Shown here piece by piece: positions 1 through 8,971 of a stretch of DNA of 64,000 nt (its first letter is position 1; every line of letters begins with the position of its first letter). Source of the DNA: Christensenellaceae bacterium (GTDB lineage: Bacteria > Bacillota > Clostridia > Christensenellales > CAG-138); assembly GCA_963667795.1 (NCBI GenBank), contig OY764017.1, forward strand, positions 1,261,329 through 1,325,328, read 5' to 3'. Below the pieces are notes generated by a model that was not told the origin of the DNA, did no database searches, and was given only the letters and a program-made list of their open reading frames with translations. The position numbers and the translations under genes were made by a program.

Positions 1-673
1 TGAGTAGCGCACCGCTCTCATCCCGTAGTTTGACGCCAGTAGATGCCTCCGCTTCCACCTCGTTAATGATGCAATAGTCCGTGTATTTCAGAGCCGGCGG
101 GACGATCCTTTGAAACCGGTCGCCCGACTCGCTGACAACGTCGATCGAAGTCTGGATACCTTTGCTCTGCGCTGTATGCAGGAGTTTCGCCATCTTGGTG
201 CCGTATGTTTCATCCGGTTCGTCCAATGCGTCCAGCAAAAGTATGTAGCCAATGTGCAGGATGTCAACGTCCAGATTGTCCCAATCGATATCCGCCTCGG
301 AAAAGCGAGCGTTCGCGCCCCGGTAATGGTAAAACGTGCGCTGTTTTCCGATGGTATCGGCCATGACCGCAGTAAACGACGACAACCCTTCGCGCAAAAC
401 ACGCGTGGTATCGATATTGTTCTGCTCGTGCAGCTTTTCGAGTATATAATCGCCTTCTTTGTCCGCTCCAACACGGCCTATCGCTTTGAGCGGCAATGTA
501 TTGTCCAGCTTTGCCAGGTCGATAATAACATTGCAAAGTGCACCGCCGGTTGAGCGGGAAATGCCATCCGTAATGGTCGTCAGTTCACCCGGTTTGGGAT
601 GTCCCATAACAGGATACAGGACGTCTACAATCATATTTCCTGCAACGGCAATTCCTTTTCGATTTCGACTCAT
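1..673 (-). CDS. PfkB-family carbohydrate kinase (ribokinase-like); 3' end runs off the window
   Basis: Absent from the supplied ORF track because it is open to the window edge. My translation of the minus strand from ATG 673..671 gives MSRNRKGIAVAGNMIVDVLYPVMGHPKPGELTTI...STGGALCNVIIDLAKL...YHYRGANARF..., with no stop down to position 2. RBS AAAGGAGAA lies just upstream. The overlapping track ORFs 88..474, 110..553 and 264..536 are in other frames. Confidence 0.75.
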   Translation of the reverse strand, partial: MSRNRKGIAVAGNMIVDVLYPVMGHPKPGELTTITDGISRSTGGALCNVIIDLAKLDNTLPLKAIGRVGADKEGDYILEKLHEQNNIDTTRVLREGLSSFTAVMADTIGKQRTFYHYRGANARFSEADIDWDNLDVDILHIGYILLLDALDEPDETYGTKMAKLLHTAQSKGIQTSIDVVSESGDRFQRIVPPALKYTDYCIINEVEAEASTGVKLRDESGALL

Positions 674-865
674 AAGTTTCTCCTTTGTATCTGGTCGTGC
701 AGACTAAGCCGCTTTCGCATTGCCTGTTCTCCTGGCGCCGTGAACAACGCGCCTCGCAGTTTTCGAAGATTGCCGCGCCATGATCGGTAAGCAAGCTCCG
801 TTACTTCCAGCAACGTTCGTTCCACCCTCTACTTTTGCCTTGCAACAGGCTATATGAAAATTGAT

Positions 866-2227
866 CTAGCTATTGAATAATTGGTGCAAAAGCGATACGC
901 TTTTTTGAATCAGCAATTCTGCAATTCCCGCCTTAAACTTCGAGCTTCTCGCTTCATAACCGCCTTCGTCATAGGCTTCCTTCATGGGATAATACCCTTC
1001 TGCACCGTTTGTCAGACAGCAAGATAGCGTAATCGCAAACGGCGATTCAGCCTTAATTCCGCGTCCAACCCCTGTAAACGGTTCTCCCGGAATGCCGACA
1101 AATGCGGCCGGCCCGATACGTACCGCCGACAAGTCAAGCGGGATTGTCTCAGGTCCGTTCTTCATCTGCATCATGCGCAACGCTTCTGCAACAACAGTAG
1201 TCAGTTCCATTCCGCTAAACGGAATCTCATCATCGCGCCCGGCCGCATGCAATGCGCAAATCCGCTCAGCGCTCTCAAGTTCTTCAATCGCCGGCACGTT
1301 CGCGCGTGCCTGGACGGTCTCTTGAATATACGCAACCGCATCAACTGATGTAAATGCAACCTTATCGTATACCTGCAATACGCTGCCTGCAATCACCCTG
1401 CCCATATGAATCGTATGTTGATAACCGCGGTCGACGTCGTCAAACATTGGTTTCAGGCCATGCTTGTCCCCGCATTTGGGATGTACATTGACATGGTTAA
1501 CATCGCCTGAAATGCCATTAAAAAACAAGCAACGAACACCCGGCAACGCGCGCTCCACCGTTTCACGCACAAATCGCGGATAGTCTGCGGAAATCGCGTC
1601 CCCGCCAACGGTGTCCGGGTGTACGCCGAAGTTGACTGCGACAATGTCCCCGGCACCCTCGCACACAAAGCGCAAAACATTCACACTCTGATCTGCTTCG
1701 CCGATCGGTGACTCTATTTCAGGATTGTTCACGCCAGGATTTGTGCGGATACTGCCATCGCGCATGCGGAATCGACGGATGAATGAAATATTCGGCGCTT
1801 GACCGACAGCATACCCCATCTTCGCAGGTGCACAGTCGGCAAGCGCAAGTTTTGCCCCGTCAACTAACTTTCGCCCAAGGTATTCGGTATAGAGTTTGTC
1901 GCCCGTTCGGCTCTCGTCCAGCGGGTCCTTGCCCACAAGCGGGCCTGTATGTGTATGCGTGCAAGCGATGAAAACCGCTTCGTACGCTATACCGGTTTCT
2001 TCGGAAATCGCCTTGCGATATTGTTGCATTTGCGTCTGATCAATCATCAAATTGTCCAGCGCAATGAGCACGGCTCTTTGATTTGCAAAGGAAACGGCCA
2101 GAACATTGGCTTCCAGTTCGTCAAGCACATCGCTTGCAAACCGGTCCAAAAAGTACCCCGAAATCGCGATCCCAAGAGGTGGTGTAACATTCACCCTCGA
2201 AAATCCCGCACGAAATTGATTGTTCAT
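866..2227 (-). CDS. neutral/alkaline ceramidase-like amidohydrolase family protein (substrate unknown)
   Basis: Track ORF 866..2251. Start moved to MNNQF (ATG at 2227), which is preceded by GAAAAGGAAA. The N-terminus FRAGFSRVNVTPPLGIAISGY resembles the N-terminal domain of bacterial ceramidase-like proteins; this is recollection and was not searched. Confidence 0.55.
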   Translation of the reverse strand: MNNQFRAGFSRVNVTPPLGIAISGYFLDRFASDVLDELEANVLAVSFANQRAVLIALDNLMIDQTQMQQYRKAISEETGIAYEAVFIACTHTHTGPLVGKDPLDESRTGDKLYTEYLGRKLVDGAKLALADCAPAKMGYAVGQAPNISFIRRFRMRDGSIRTNPGVNNPEIESPIGEADQSVNVLRFVCEGAGDIVAVNFGVHPDTVGGDAISADYPRFVRETVERALPGVRCLFFNGISGDVNHVNVHPKCGDKHGLKPMFDDVDRGYQHTIHMGRVIAGSVLQVYDKVAFTSVDAVAYIQETVQARANVPAIEELESAERICALHAAGRDDEIPFSGMELTTVVAEALRMMQMKNGPETIPLDLSAVRIGPAAFVGIPGEPFTGVGRGIKAESPFAITLSCCLTNGAEGYYPMKEAYDEGGYEARSSKFKAGIAELLIQKSVSLLHQLFNS

Positions 2228-2269
2228 AGCCGTTTCCTTTTCTGTCTCCATTTGTCAGGTATGCATGTC

Positions 2270-3541
2270 TTATTTTACGTGTGCGTTATGAATCTCGATG
2301 AAAGTATCGATCACGCGCTGAATATGTGTCTTTTCCCAGGTTGGGTGCAAGAACAAGTTCACGGTACGCGCGCGCATGGATTTTGCAACTTCGCAAACGA
2401 TGCCCTCATACGTTAGTCCTTCCCGTGTGTATTCCTTCGAGTGGAACGGGAAGCCCGCCGTGCCAAAGCCGTTCATCTCGCGATATGCACGCTCTTCGTA
2501 CGCTTCCGGCCATTGAATGCCATAAGCGGGGATGCCTTTTCCGGCTAAGGTTTTTACAAACTCCGGCGCAGTGATATCGAGTGCGTCGAGATTGAGTGTG
2601 ATCGGATACCACCAATATGCGTTCTCGCGCTCTTTTGTGTTCAATGGCAACGCAGCAACGCCTTTCAGCGCCCCAAACGCCTCATCGTACATTTTAGCGT
2701 ACTCTTTGCGGCGCGCTAAGTTCCAGTCTTCGAAACGTGCCAGCTCATTGATCCCGACAATGGATTGCATTTCAGTCATTCGGAAGTTGAAGCCCACGCG
2801 ATTATGAATATATGGAAGCTTCTCTTCGAGCGCCAGCATGTTCATGCGAGCCCGCACATCATAACCGTGATCGCGGAAAGAACGCGCTTCCCAACCCCAG
2901 TCTTCATTGTTGGTTATAACCATGCCGCCTTCACCGCCGGTTGTAAAGTGCTTTGACTGTGCGAAAGAGAAACAGCCCATATCACCAATCGTACCGACAG
3001 ACTTACCGTCGTATTTGCCTCCAATTGCCTGGGCGCAGTCTTCAATCACATACAGGTTATGCTTTTTCGCGATCTCCATGATGCGTCCCATGTCGCAAAT
3101 GACACCATAGAGATGAACGATGACAATTCCTTTGGTGCGCTTCGTAATGTGCCGTTCAATATCGTCCGGATCAATTGTATGATCCTCCGTCACATCACAA
3201 AAAATCGGAATTGCACCCGCCTGTGCAATCGCAAAGGACGAGGCGATAAAGGAGTAAGACGGTACAATCACTTCATCTCCAGGGCCGATGCCGAGTGTGG
3301 AGATGCCAATTTGCAGCGCTGCCGTGCCGTTGGTGCAGGATACTGCCATTTTTGCGCCGGACCACTTTGCAAAGGCTTCCTCAAATTGCATGCCCTTCGG
3401 TCCCGTCCAATAGCAAACGCGTCCACTGTCAAGGATTTCAGCAATCTCCGCTTTGGATTTTGGGTCGAATTGCGGCCATCCCGGGAAACCAAGCTCCGCG
3501 ACGCCGGTGCCGTTCATAATGATTTCTTTTTTCTGGTCCAT
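2270..3541 (-). CDS. DegT/DnrJ/EryC1/StsC-family PLP aminotransferase (inosose/keto-sugar type)
   Basis: 423 aa. SCTNGTAALQIG, GDEVIVPSYSF, VIEDCAQAIGG and FSFAQSKHFTTGEGG (PLP lysine) match the DegT fold. AGGAG RBS 9 nt upstream of the ATG. Confidence 0.85.
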   Translation of the reverse strand: MDQKKEIIMNGTGVAELGFPGWPQFDPKSKAEIAEILDSGRVCYWTGPKGMQFEEAFAKWSGAKMAVSCTNGTAALQIGISTLGIGPGDEVIVPSYSFIASSFAIAQAGAIPIFCDVTEDHTIDPDDIERHITKRTKGIVIVHLYGVICDMGRIMEIAKKHNLYVIEDCAQAIGGKYDGKSVGTIGDMGCFSFAQSKHFTTGGEGGMVITNNEDWGWEARSFRDHGYDVRARMNMLALEEKLPYIHNRVGFNFRMTEMQSIVGINELARFEDWNLARRKEYAKMYDEAFGALKGVAALPLNTKERENAYWWYPITLNLDALDITAPEFVKTLAGKGIPAYGIQWPEAYEERAYREMNGFGTAGFPFHSKEYTREGLTYEGIVCEVAKSMRARTVNLFLHPTWEKTHIQRVIDTFIEIHNAHVK

Positions 3542-3562
3542 AATTATTCGCTCCTGTTATTT

Positions 3563-4873
3563 TTATGTTTCTTGTTGCATCTCACGGATCGTTTCAAGTA
3601 TTGAGTTCGCCATGAAATCCAATTGTTCTTTAGAAAGTCCATAAATTGGGAAGTGCGTAAAGCGGTTGTTAAATACTTCCTCGCATACCGGGCATGTTTG
3701 CGCAATTGCATCTGCGTCGTATCCATATGGCTCCAATACGCGGAAGCGATACAGCGGCCCGAAATGCGGAATGTTTGTAACCCCTTTTTCGTTCATCTTT
3801 TTCTTGAATGTCTGAACGTTTCCTTTTGCTTTCACCGGATCGATCAGCAACCGGTACAGGTGGAAGGTCGGTACGATATCTGCATTACCGGTATCTTGCG
3901 GAATCAAAGCGTCGCAGGCGGAAATACGTTGGGTAAGATATTCCACTGCTGCACGACGCGCAGCTAGCACTTCGTCAATTCTCTTGACCTGCTGCTGCAA
4001 GCCCAACCCTTGTATCTCCGTTGTTGAGAAATTGGTTGCAACAAACGGTCCGTCTTTCCCCTCGATTGCAGAGACGTCATACAGCCAGTTTTTAATTGCG
4101 TGGCTAAAATCCGTGCCAAGAAAACGTGCGCGGCGCATCTCGCTTTTAAAGCTTTCGATGCTTGTGCAGAGGATTCCGCCTTCGCCAAATGACGTAATGT
4201 TCTTAACCTCATGGAAGGAGAATGCGCCAAAGTGACCAATCGTTCCAAGTTTTCGGCCTTTGTACTCGCCGCCAAACGCGTGCGCCGCATCCTCAAGAAC
4301 AATGATATCGTGCGCTTTTGCAAGTTCCATGATGGGATCCATATCGACCGGATAGCCACCAATATGCACGGGTATGATCATTTTCGTTTTTGAGGTTATC
4401 TTGCGTGCAACGTCCGCGGGGTCCATGTTGAGCGTAACGGGATCAACGTCGGCAAACACCAACTTGCAACCAATGGAAAGCGGATAAGCCATCGTTGCGA
4501 TAAATGTGATCGCCGGAACAATGACCTCGTCCCCGGCTTTAAGCCCGGTATATTTGCAGGCGATTTCAAAACCCGCAGTGCAGCTCGTAACAAAAACACT
4601 GCCCGTTGTGCCGAGGTATTCATCCACCATCTGCTCGGCCTTGTTAACCTGAATATCCAAAGAGAGTTTTGCAGGCGGATCTGAAACGCCGTCCAGCGCA
4701 AATATATCGCTTTCCACATTCTTCATCACGGCTTCATACGATTCGCCCTCGCCCTGCATCATAAAGCGGATAAACGCCATAACATCCTGTGCGTTATAGT
4801 TTTCGCCTACAGCAGCCCAGGGAACTTTTGTTTCCCCAGTGTTGTATCTAAAATCTGAATCCTTTTTTGCCAT
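3563..4873 (-). CDS. DegT/DnrJ/EryC1-family PLP aminotransferase, divergent paralogue
   Basis: Track ORF 3563..4960. Likely start is MAKKDSDF (ATG 4873). Motifs: VTSCTAGFEIA, GDEVIVPAITF, VLEDAAHAFGG and FSFHEVKNITSFGEGG (PLP lysine). Confidence 0.8.
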   Translation of the reverse strand: MAKKDSDFRYNTGETKVPWAAVGENYNAQDVMAFIRFMMQGEGESYEAVMKNVESDIFALDGVSDPPAKLSLDIQVNKAEQMVDEYLGTTGSVFVTSCTAGFEIACKYTGLKAGDEVIVPAITFIATMAYPLSIGCKLVFADVDPVTLNMDPADVARKITSKTKMIIPVHIGGYPVDMDPIMELAKAHDIIVLEDAAHAFGGEYKGRKLGTIGHFGAFSFHEVKNITSFGEGGILCTSIESFKSEMRRARFLGTDFSHAIKNWLYDVSAIEGKDGPFVATNFSTTEIQGLGLQQQVKRIDEVLAARRAAVEYLTQRISACDALIPQDTGNADIVPTFHLYRLLIDPVKAKGNVQTFKKKMNEKGVTNIPHFGPLYRFRVLEPYGYDADAIAQTCPVCEEVFNNRFTHFPIYGLSKEQLDFMANSILETIREMQQET

Positions 4874-4971
4874 AATAATTCTATTCCTTTCGCCCGTGTC
4901 ACCCGTCGTACCAACGTGCGTTGCGTTTAACGTGCGTTGCATTTCAGGTACGGCCGGCAACTTTGTTCATG

Positions 4972-5031
4972 ATTACCAAATTATTTGCCGCATTCTTCTT
5001 GATTTTTATGCGGCGGTAATCCTTTGGTAAT
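4972..5031 (-). repeat. compound inverted repeat / intercistronic stem-loop
   Basis: ATTACCAAA (4972..4980) pairs perfectly with TTTGGTAAT (5023..5031). The inner arms GCCGCAT/ATGCGGC also pair. No convincing U-tract follows on either strand. Confidence 0.5.
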
Positions 5032-5120
5032 TATGGGTCGCGGCAACAATTAAACAAACCAACCGGTTCGTCGTGAAATAAAATCATACGGTTTTTCCTA
5101 CAGATTTATTTGCTCTTTCA

Positions 5121-6164
5121 TTACAAATCGATTACACACTTTTCATCATTCGAACGATATGCCGCTTCCAAAACCCGTTGTACCTGTACTGCTTCAGTTG
5201 CAGGTACTTCAAGCGGAAGCCCGTTTAAAATCGAGTTGCCGAATGATTCAATCTCGCGTGTGTACATGTTGCCAAATTCAACCGAAATTTCTTCGCCCGC
5301 AACTTCTTGAACGTTTTGTTGCGCGTCATATCCGCCAACTTCTCCGCAAAAGAGTGCGTCGAGTTTTCCGCCGTCAATCTGGCCGATCACATTTTCTCCG
5401 GCGAGACGTCCCTGATCGCCAAAAAATTCCAACCGCCACTTTGCGGCCTGATCAGGAATATTAAAGTTTGACTGTACGATGCATTGTGCACCGTTTTCCA
5501 GCCGCAGCATCACCATTGAGGAATCCTCTACCTCATAGTGGAATGTTAATGTATCGTGGAATGCGGCAACCTGTTTTACCATAGAACCTGTCACATATTG
5601 CATCAAGTCGATACAATGAACGCCCATATCCATCATGGCGCCACCGCCGCCGTTTTTCTTATTCTGCCGCCAATTGCCAGGCATGTCCGGATACCAGCAT
5701 GTAAATTGCGAATATCCGGAGACGAGGTTTCCGATTTTCCCTTCCGATATTGCTTGTTTCATTGCCTGAACATAAGCCCCGAATCGCATCATTAATCCCG
5801 CGGCAATTTGAACATTCTTGCTTTTGCAGTATTCAATCACTTCTGCACCCTCTCGAGCGCTCATAGCCAGCGGTTTCTCAATTAGTATATGTTTCCCGGC
5901 GTCTGCCGCCGCTTTTGCCTGCTCAGCATGCATCACCACCGGTGATGCGATGTAGACTGCATCGATCTCAGGATCAGCAAGTAAGGCTTCCGCCGAAACA
6001 TATGCACGCTTTGCGTTCCATTTGGCTCTAAGTTGTTCCGCCAATTCAGAATGAATCTCCATTACAGAGACAAGCTCGGCGTTGTTGGCCAACATCATAC
6101 CAGGAATGGTACGACGGTCTGCTATTCCGCCTGCTCCAATGACGCCCCAGCGTAATTTTTCCAT
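5121..6164 (-). CDS. Gfo/Idh/MocA-family NAD(P)-dependent oxidoreductase
   Basis: 347 aa. N-terminal Rossmann motif LRWGVIGAGGIADRR and a family-typical EKP motif (ILIEKPLA). RBS AAGGAGAG. Confidence 0.85.
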   Translation of the reverse strand: MEKLRWGVIGAGGIADRRTIPGMMLANNAELVSVMEIHSELAEQLRAKWNAKRAYVSAEALLADPEIDAVYIASPVVMHAEQAKAAADAGKHILIEKPLAMSAREGAEVIEYCKSKNVQIAAGLMMRFGAYVQAMKQAISEGKIGNLVSGYSQFTCWYPDMPGNWRQNKKNGGGGAMMDMGVHCIDLMQYVTGSMVKQVAAFHDTLTFHYEVEDSSMVMLRLENGAQCIVQSNFNIPDQAAKWRLEFFGDQGRLAGENVIGQIDGGKLDALFCGEVGGYDAQQNVQEVAGEEISVEFGNMYTREIESFGNSILNGLPLEVPATEAVQVQRVLEAAYRSNDEKCVIDL

Positions 6165-6298
6165 AATTGAGTCTCTCCTTTTACTACAAAATTCCGGCTA
6201 TTATAGATACCGCGGGGTACCAAACGGACACCCCGCGGATTCTATTTCGTTCTCACATGGAGAATACCGGTTTTAATCCAATATTCCCCAATTAATGT

Positions 6299-7393
6299 TT
6301 AGTCAAAGTTCCAGAAGTTCTCAACATTGCTGGAATCCACAACGAACAGTTCGATGTTGGTCTGTGTCGGTACTTCTTCGCCTGCAAAGTGAGCGATCGC
6401 GCCGTCAAAGATGAACTGTGCCAGAACCCATGCGTCAACGTTCAGGCAAGCAGCATAGTTGACGTCTTCATCATGGAGCATGCCAAACGGTTCTTCACCA
6501 TACGCGCCCATGGAAAACACCTTGATATCTGTTTTGCCGGACGCCTGCAGTGCGGCGACCGCACCCTGTGCACCATTGTCAACATCCGAGATGATGTAAT
6601 CATACGGCTCAACGATTGCAGAAATAGCATTGTATGCTGTTTCGCGATTGCCTTGTGAATCGTATTTATTCAAAATCTCGATTTCGCAGCCGTCTACATT
6701 GGCAGCGTCGATTACCGCATGCAAGCCAACAAAACGCTCCTGGCAGTGCGTGGAAACAGCATTGGTCAGTTCAATAACACGTGCTTTTCCATCGTTATTG
6801 GCTTTTACATATTCTACGAAATATTCGCCAACCAGTGTTCCCGTCATTTCCTGGTTCCATGTGACGGTTGTAACGGCCTTTTCTGCGCCTTCAGACCAGT
6901 AGCCATCGTAAATGACGATCGGAATGCTCGCTCCAACAGCCTTGTTCAATGCCTCGGTCGAACCATCCGGGGTGATCGGATCGATCATCATAACGTCAAC
7001 ATTGTTGGCAATCATGTTTTCAATCTGCTTCGTCTGCGTCTCATCGTTGAGGTCGCCATCTTCGCAAGCGATGTCAGCATTGTAGTATGCGCCAAGTGAC
7101 TCTAGCGCGGACGCCAGCGTTGCACACCATTCATCACCCTTGTAGCAAATGGAGCAGCCGATCTTCTTGCCATCAAGCAGATCGGTCTCTTGCAACACGA
7201 CAGCGGCGGGAATACCAAGGGCAGCTGCTTTTTCGTCGTTCGAAACCTCGATGCCGGCAACTTCAGTGGACGCAGTTTCGGCTTCTGTGGCTTCCTCCGC
7301 GGCTGCTGCAGTCTCATCCGCAGCAGGCGCTGCACACGCCATCATGGAGAAAATCAGTGTAAGTACTAGGAAAAACGCGATCAGTTTCTTCAT
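6299..7393 (-). CDS. CUT2 (ribose-type, PBP1) sugar ABC transporter substrate-binding lipoprotein
   Basis: Track ORF 6299..7489. Start moved to MKKLIAFFLVLTLIFSMMAC (ATG 7393), which has AAGGAGG upstream. Lipobox MMAC followed by an Ala/Glu/Thr-rich linker. Confidence 0.8.
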   Translation of the reverse strand: MKKLIAFFLVLTLIFSMMACAAPAADETAAAAEEATEAETASTEVAGIEVSNDEKAAALGIPAAVVLQETDLLDGKKIGCSICYKGDEWCATLASALESLGAYYNADIACEDGDLNDETQTKQIENMIANNVDVMMIDPITPDGSTEALNKAVGASIPIVIYDGYWSEGAEKAVTTVTWNQEMTGTLVGEYFVEYVKANNDGKARVIELTNAVSTHCQERFVGLHAVIDAANVDGCEIEILNKYDSQGNRETAYNAISAIVEPYDYIISDVDNGAQGAVAALQASGKTDIKVFSMGAYGEEPFGMLHDEDVNYAACLNVDAWVLAQFIFDGAIAHFAGEEVPTQTNIELFVVDSSNVENFWNFD

Positions 7394-7442
7394 TGTGTAA
7401 TCTTCCTCCTTTATTTTTCTAAACAGGTCTCCCTGTTTTAGA

Positions 7443-8960
7443 CTAAACACACAGCGCCATGATCTTTTCTTGCGACGCTTCTTCCGCAATCAATTCGCCA
7501 ACTTTGCGGCCTTCGTGCATAACCATTATCCGGTCACACATGCCGAGTATCTCCGGCATTTCAGATGAAATCATGATAACGGTCGCACCTCCTTTGACCA
7601 ATTGATTGATCAGGCGGTAAATCTCAGCTTTTGCACCAACATCAATGCCACGCGTCGGTTCATCCAGGAAAAGTATCTCGGAGTTGCGGAACAGCCACTT
7701 TGCAATGACAACCTTTTGCTGGTTGCCGCCGGAAAGATACTGCACTTCCGTTTCCATGGATGGAGTGACCACGCGGAGCTTGTCGGCGTATTCCTTGCTT
7801 AATGTGCTCTCCAGTGTTTTATTGATAACACCATGCTTTATGACTCGTTTTAAATTGACAAGTGTCGTGTTCTTTTTAACGGGCATCGTTTGTACAAGGC
7901 CCTGCAGCTTTCGGTCTTCAGGAATCAGACCAAGCCCGTCTGTGATAGCGTCCGAAAAGCAGCGATAGTTTACTCGCTTGCCGCGAACGTAGACTTCGCC
8001 CGAATCCGGCTTGTCAATTCCCAGAACAGCGCGCGCCAGCTCGGTACGTCCTGCTCCCACAAGGCCCGAAATCCCAAAGACTTCACCCGCCTTGACTGAA
8101 AAGTTGATATCTTTTAATATTCCCCGGTTTAAATTCTTTACCTCTAGAATCGTATCCCCGATGGTGCCTTTGACCTTTGGATACTCCTGTCCCATTTCAC
8201 GGCCAACCATCATGTTAATCAGGTCGCACTTGGTTACTTGATCAATGGGCGTTGTTGCGATATGCTTGCCGTCGCGCAGAATACTCACGTTGTCACAAAG
8301 GTTAAACACCTCGTCCAACCGATGTGATATATATATGATAGTAATCCCGTCTTCACGCAACTTCCGAACGATTCCGAACATGACCGCCAGTTCGCGATCG
8401 GTCAAAACCGCCGAAGGCTCGTCCATGATCAGCACCCTGGAATTGTTGTTTATGGCGTGCATGATTTCTACAATTTGTTTTCTTGCCACCGTTAAAGTGG
8501 ATACCTGCGCGTTAACATCAATGTCCATGCCCAGATCTGCTACAATTTGTCTGGCACGTTGGCGCATGCCCTTCCAGTCGACCAGCCTATTTTTTACCAT
8601 GATATTGCCAAGGAACATATTCTCCGCAACAGATAATGTTTCTGCAAGCTTGATCTCCTGGTGCACAACACTAATGCCTGCTCTGCGAGCTTCTATAGGA
8701 GATGAGAATTGCCTTGCCTTGTTTTCCAGAGTAACTTCGCCGGTGTTGGGCTGGTAGATCCCGGCCAATACTTTGATTAACGTGGATTTACCGGCACCAT
8801 TCTCTCCGACCAAACCGTGTATCGTGCCCCGTTCCACACTGATGGTAACGTTATCGAGCGCTCTTACACCGGGAAACTCTTTTGTAATATTTTTTAGTGT
8901 CAGGATATAGTCTTTATCCATTTCCTTACCATGCCTTTCAAAATAGTCACCACTAGACAC
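7443..8960 (-). CDS. sugar ABC transporter ATP-binding protein (duplicated ATPase)
   Basis: 505 aa. Walker A GENGAGKSTLIKVLAG, signature LSGGNQQK, and two ABC halves. Start uncertain: GTG at 8960 or ATG at 8921. Confidence 0.85.
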   Translation of the reverse strand: MSSGDYFERHGKEMDKDYILTLKNITKEFPGVRALDNVTISVERGTIHGLVGENGAGKSTLIKVLAGIYQPNTGEVTLENKARQFSSPIEARRAGISVVHQEIKLAETLSVAENMFLGNIMVKNRLVDWKGMRQRARQIVADLGMDIDVNAQVSTLTVARKQIVEIMHAINNNSRVLIMDEPSAVLTDRELAVMFGIVRKLREDGITIIYISHRLDEVFNLCDNVSILRDGKHIATTPIDQVTKCDLINMMVGREMGQEYPKVKGTIGDTILEVKNLNRGILKDINFSVKAGEVFGISGLVGAGRTELARAVLGIDKPDSGEVYVRGKRVNYRCFSDAITDGLGLIPEDRKLQGLVQTMPVKKNTTLVNLKRVIKHGVINKTLESTLSKEYADKLRVVTPSMETEVQYLSGGNQQKVVIAKWLFRNSEILFLDEPTRGIDVGAKAEIYRLINQLVKGGATVIMISSEMPEILGMCDRIMVMHEGRKVGELIAEEASQEKIMALCV

Positions 8961-8971
8961 AGTTTGGTCTA

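Noticed and set aside
88-553. Track ORFs 88..474 (-), 110..553 (+) and 264..536 (-) at the window start
   Set aside because: All overlap the third minus-strand frame. That frame encodes a clean PfkB-kinase N-terminal sequence from ATG 673 and stays open to the window edge. The listed ORFs have nonsense-like composition.
7394-7489. The N-terminal extension of the binding-protein ORF (MRKKRRKKRSWRCV...) overlapping the ATPase gene end
   Set aside because: The extension is highly basic and precedes a perfect RBS + MKK + signal peptide + lipobox at 7393. The same logic was applied to other trimmed starts (2227, 4873, 14870, 15949, 21702, 36708, 36924, 41576, 51026, 52639, 58446, 60424).
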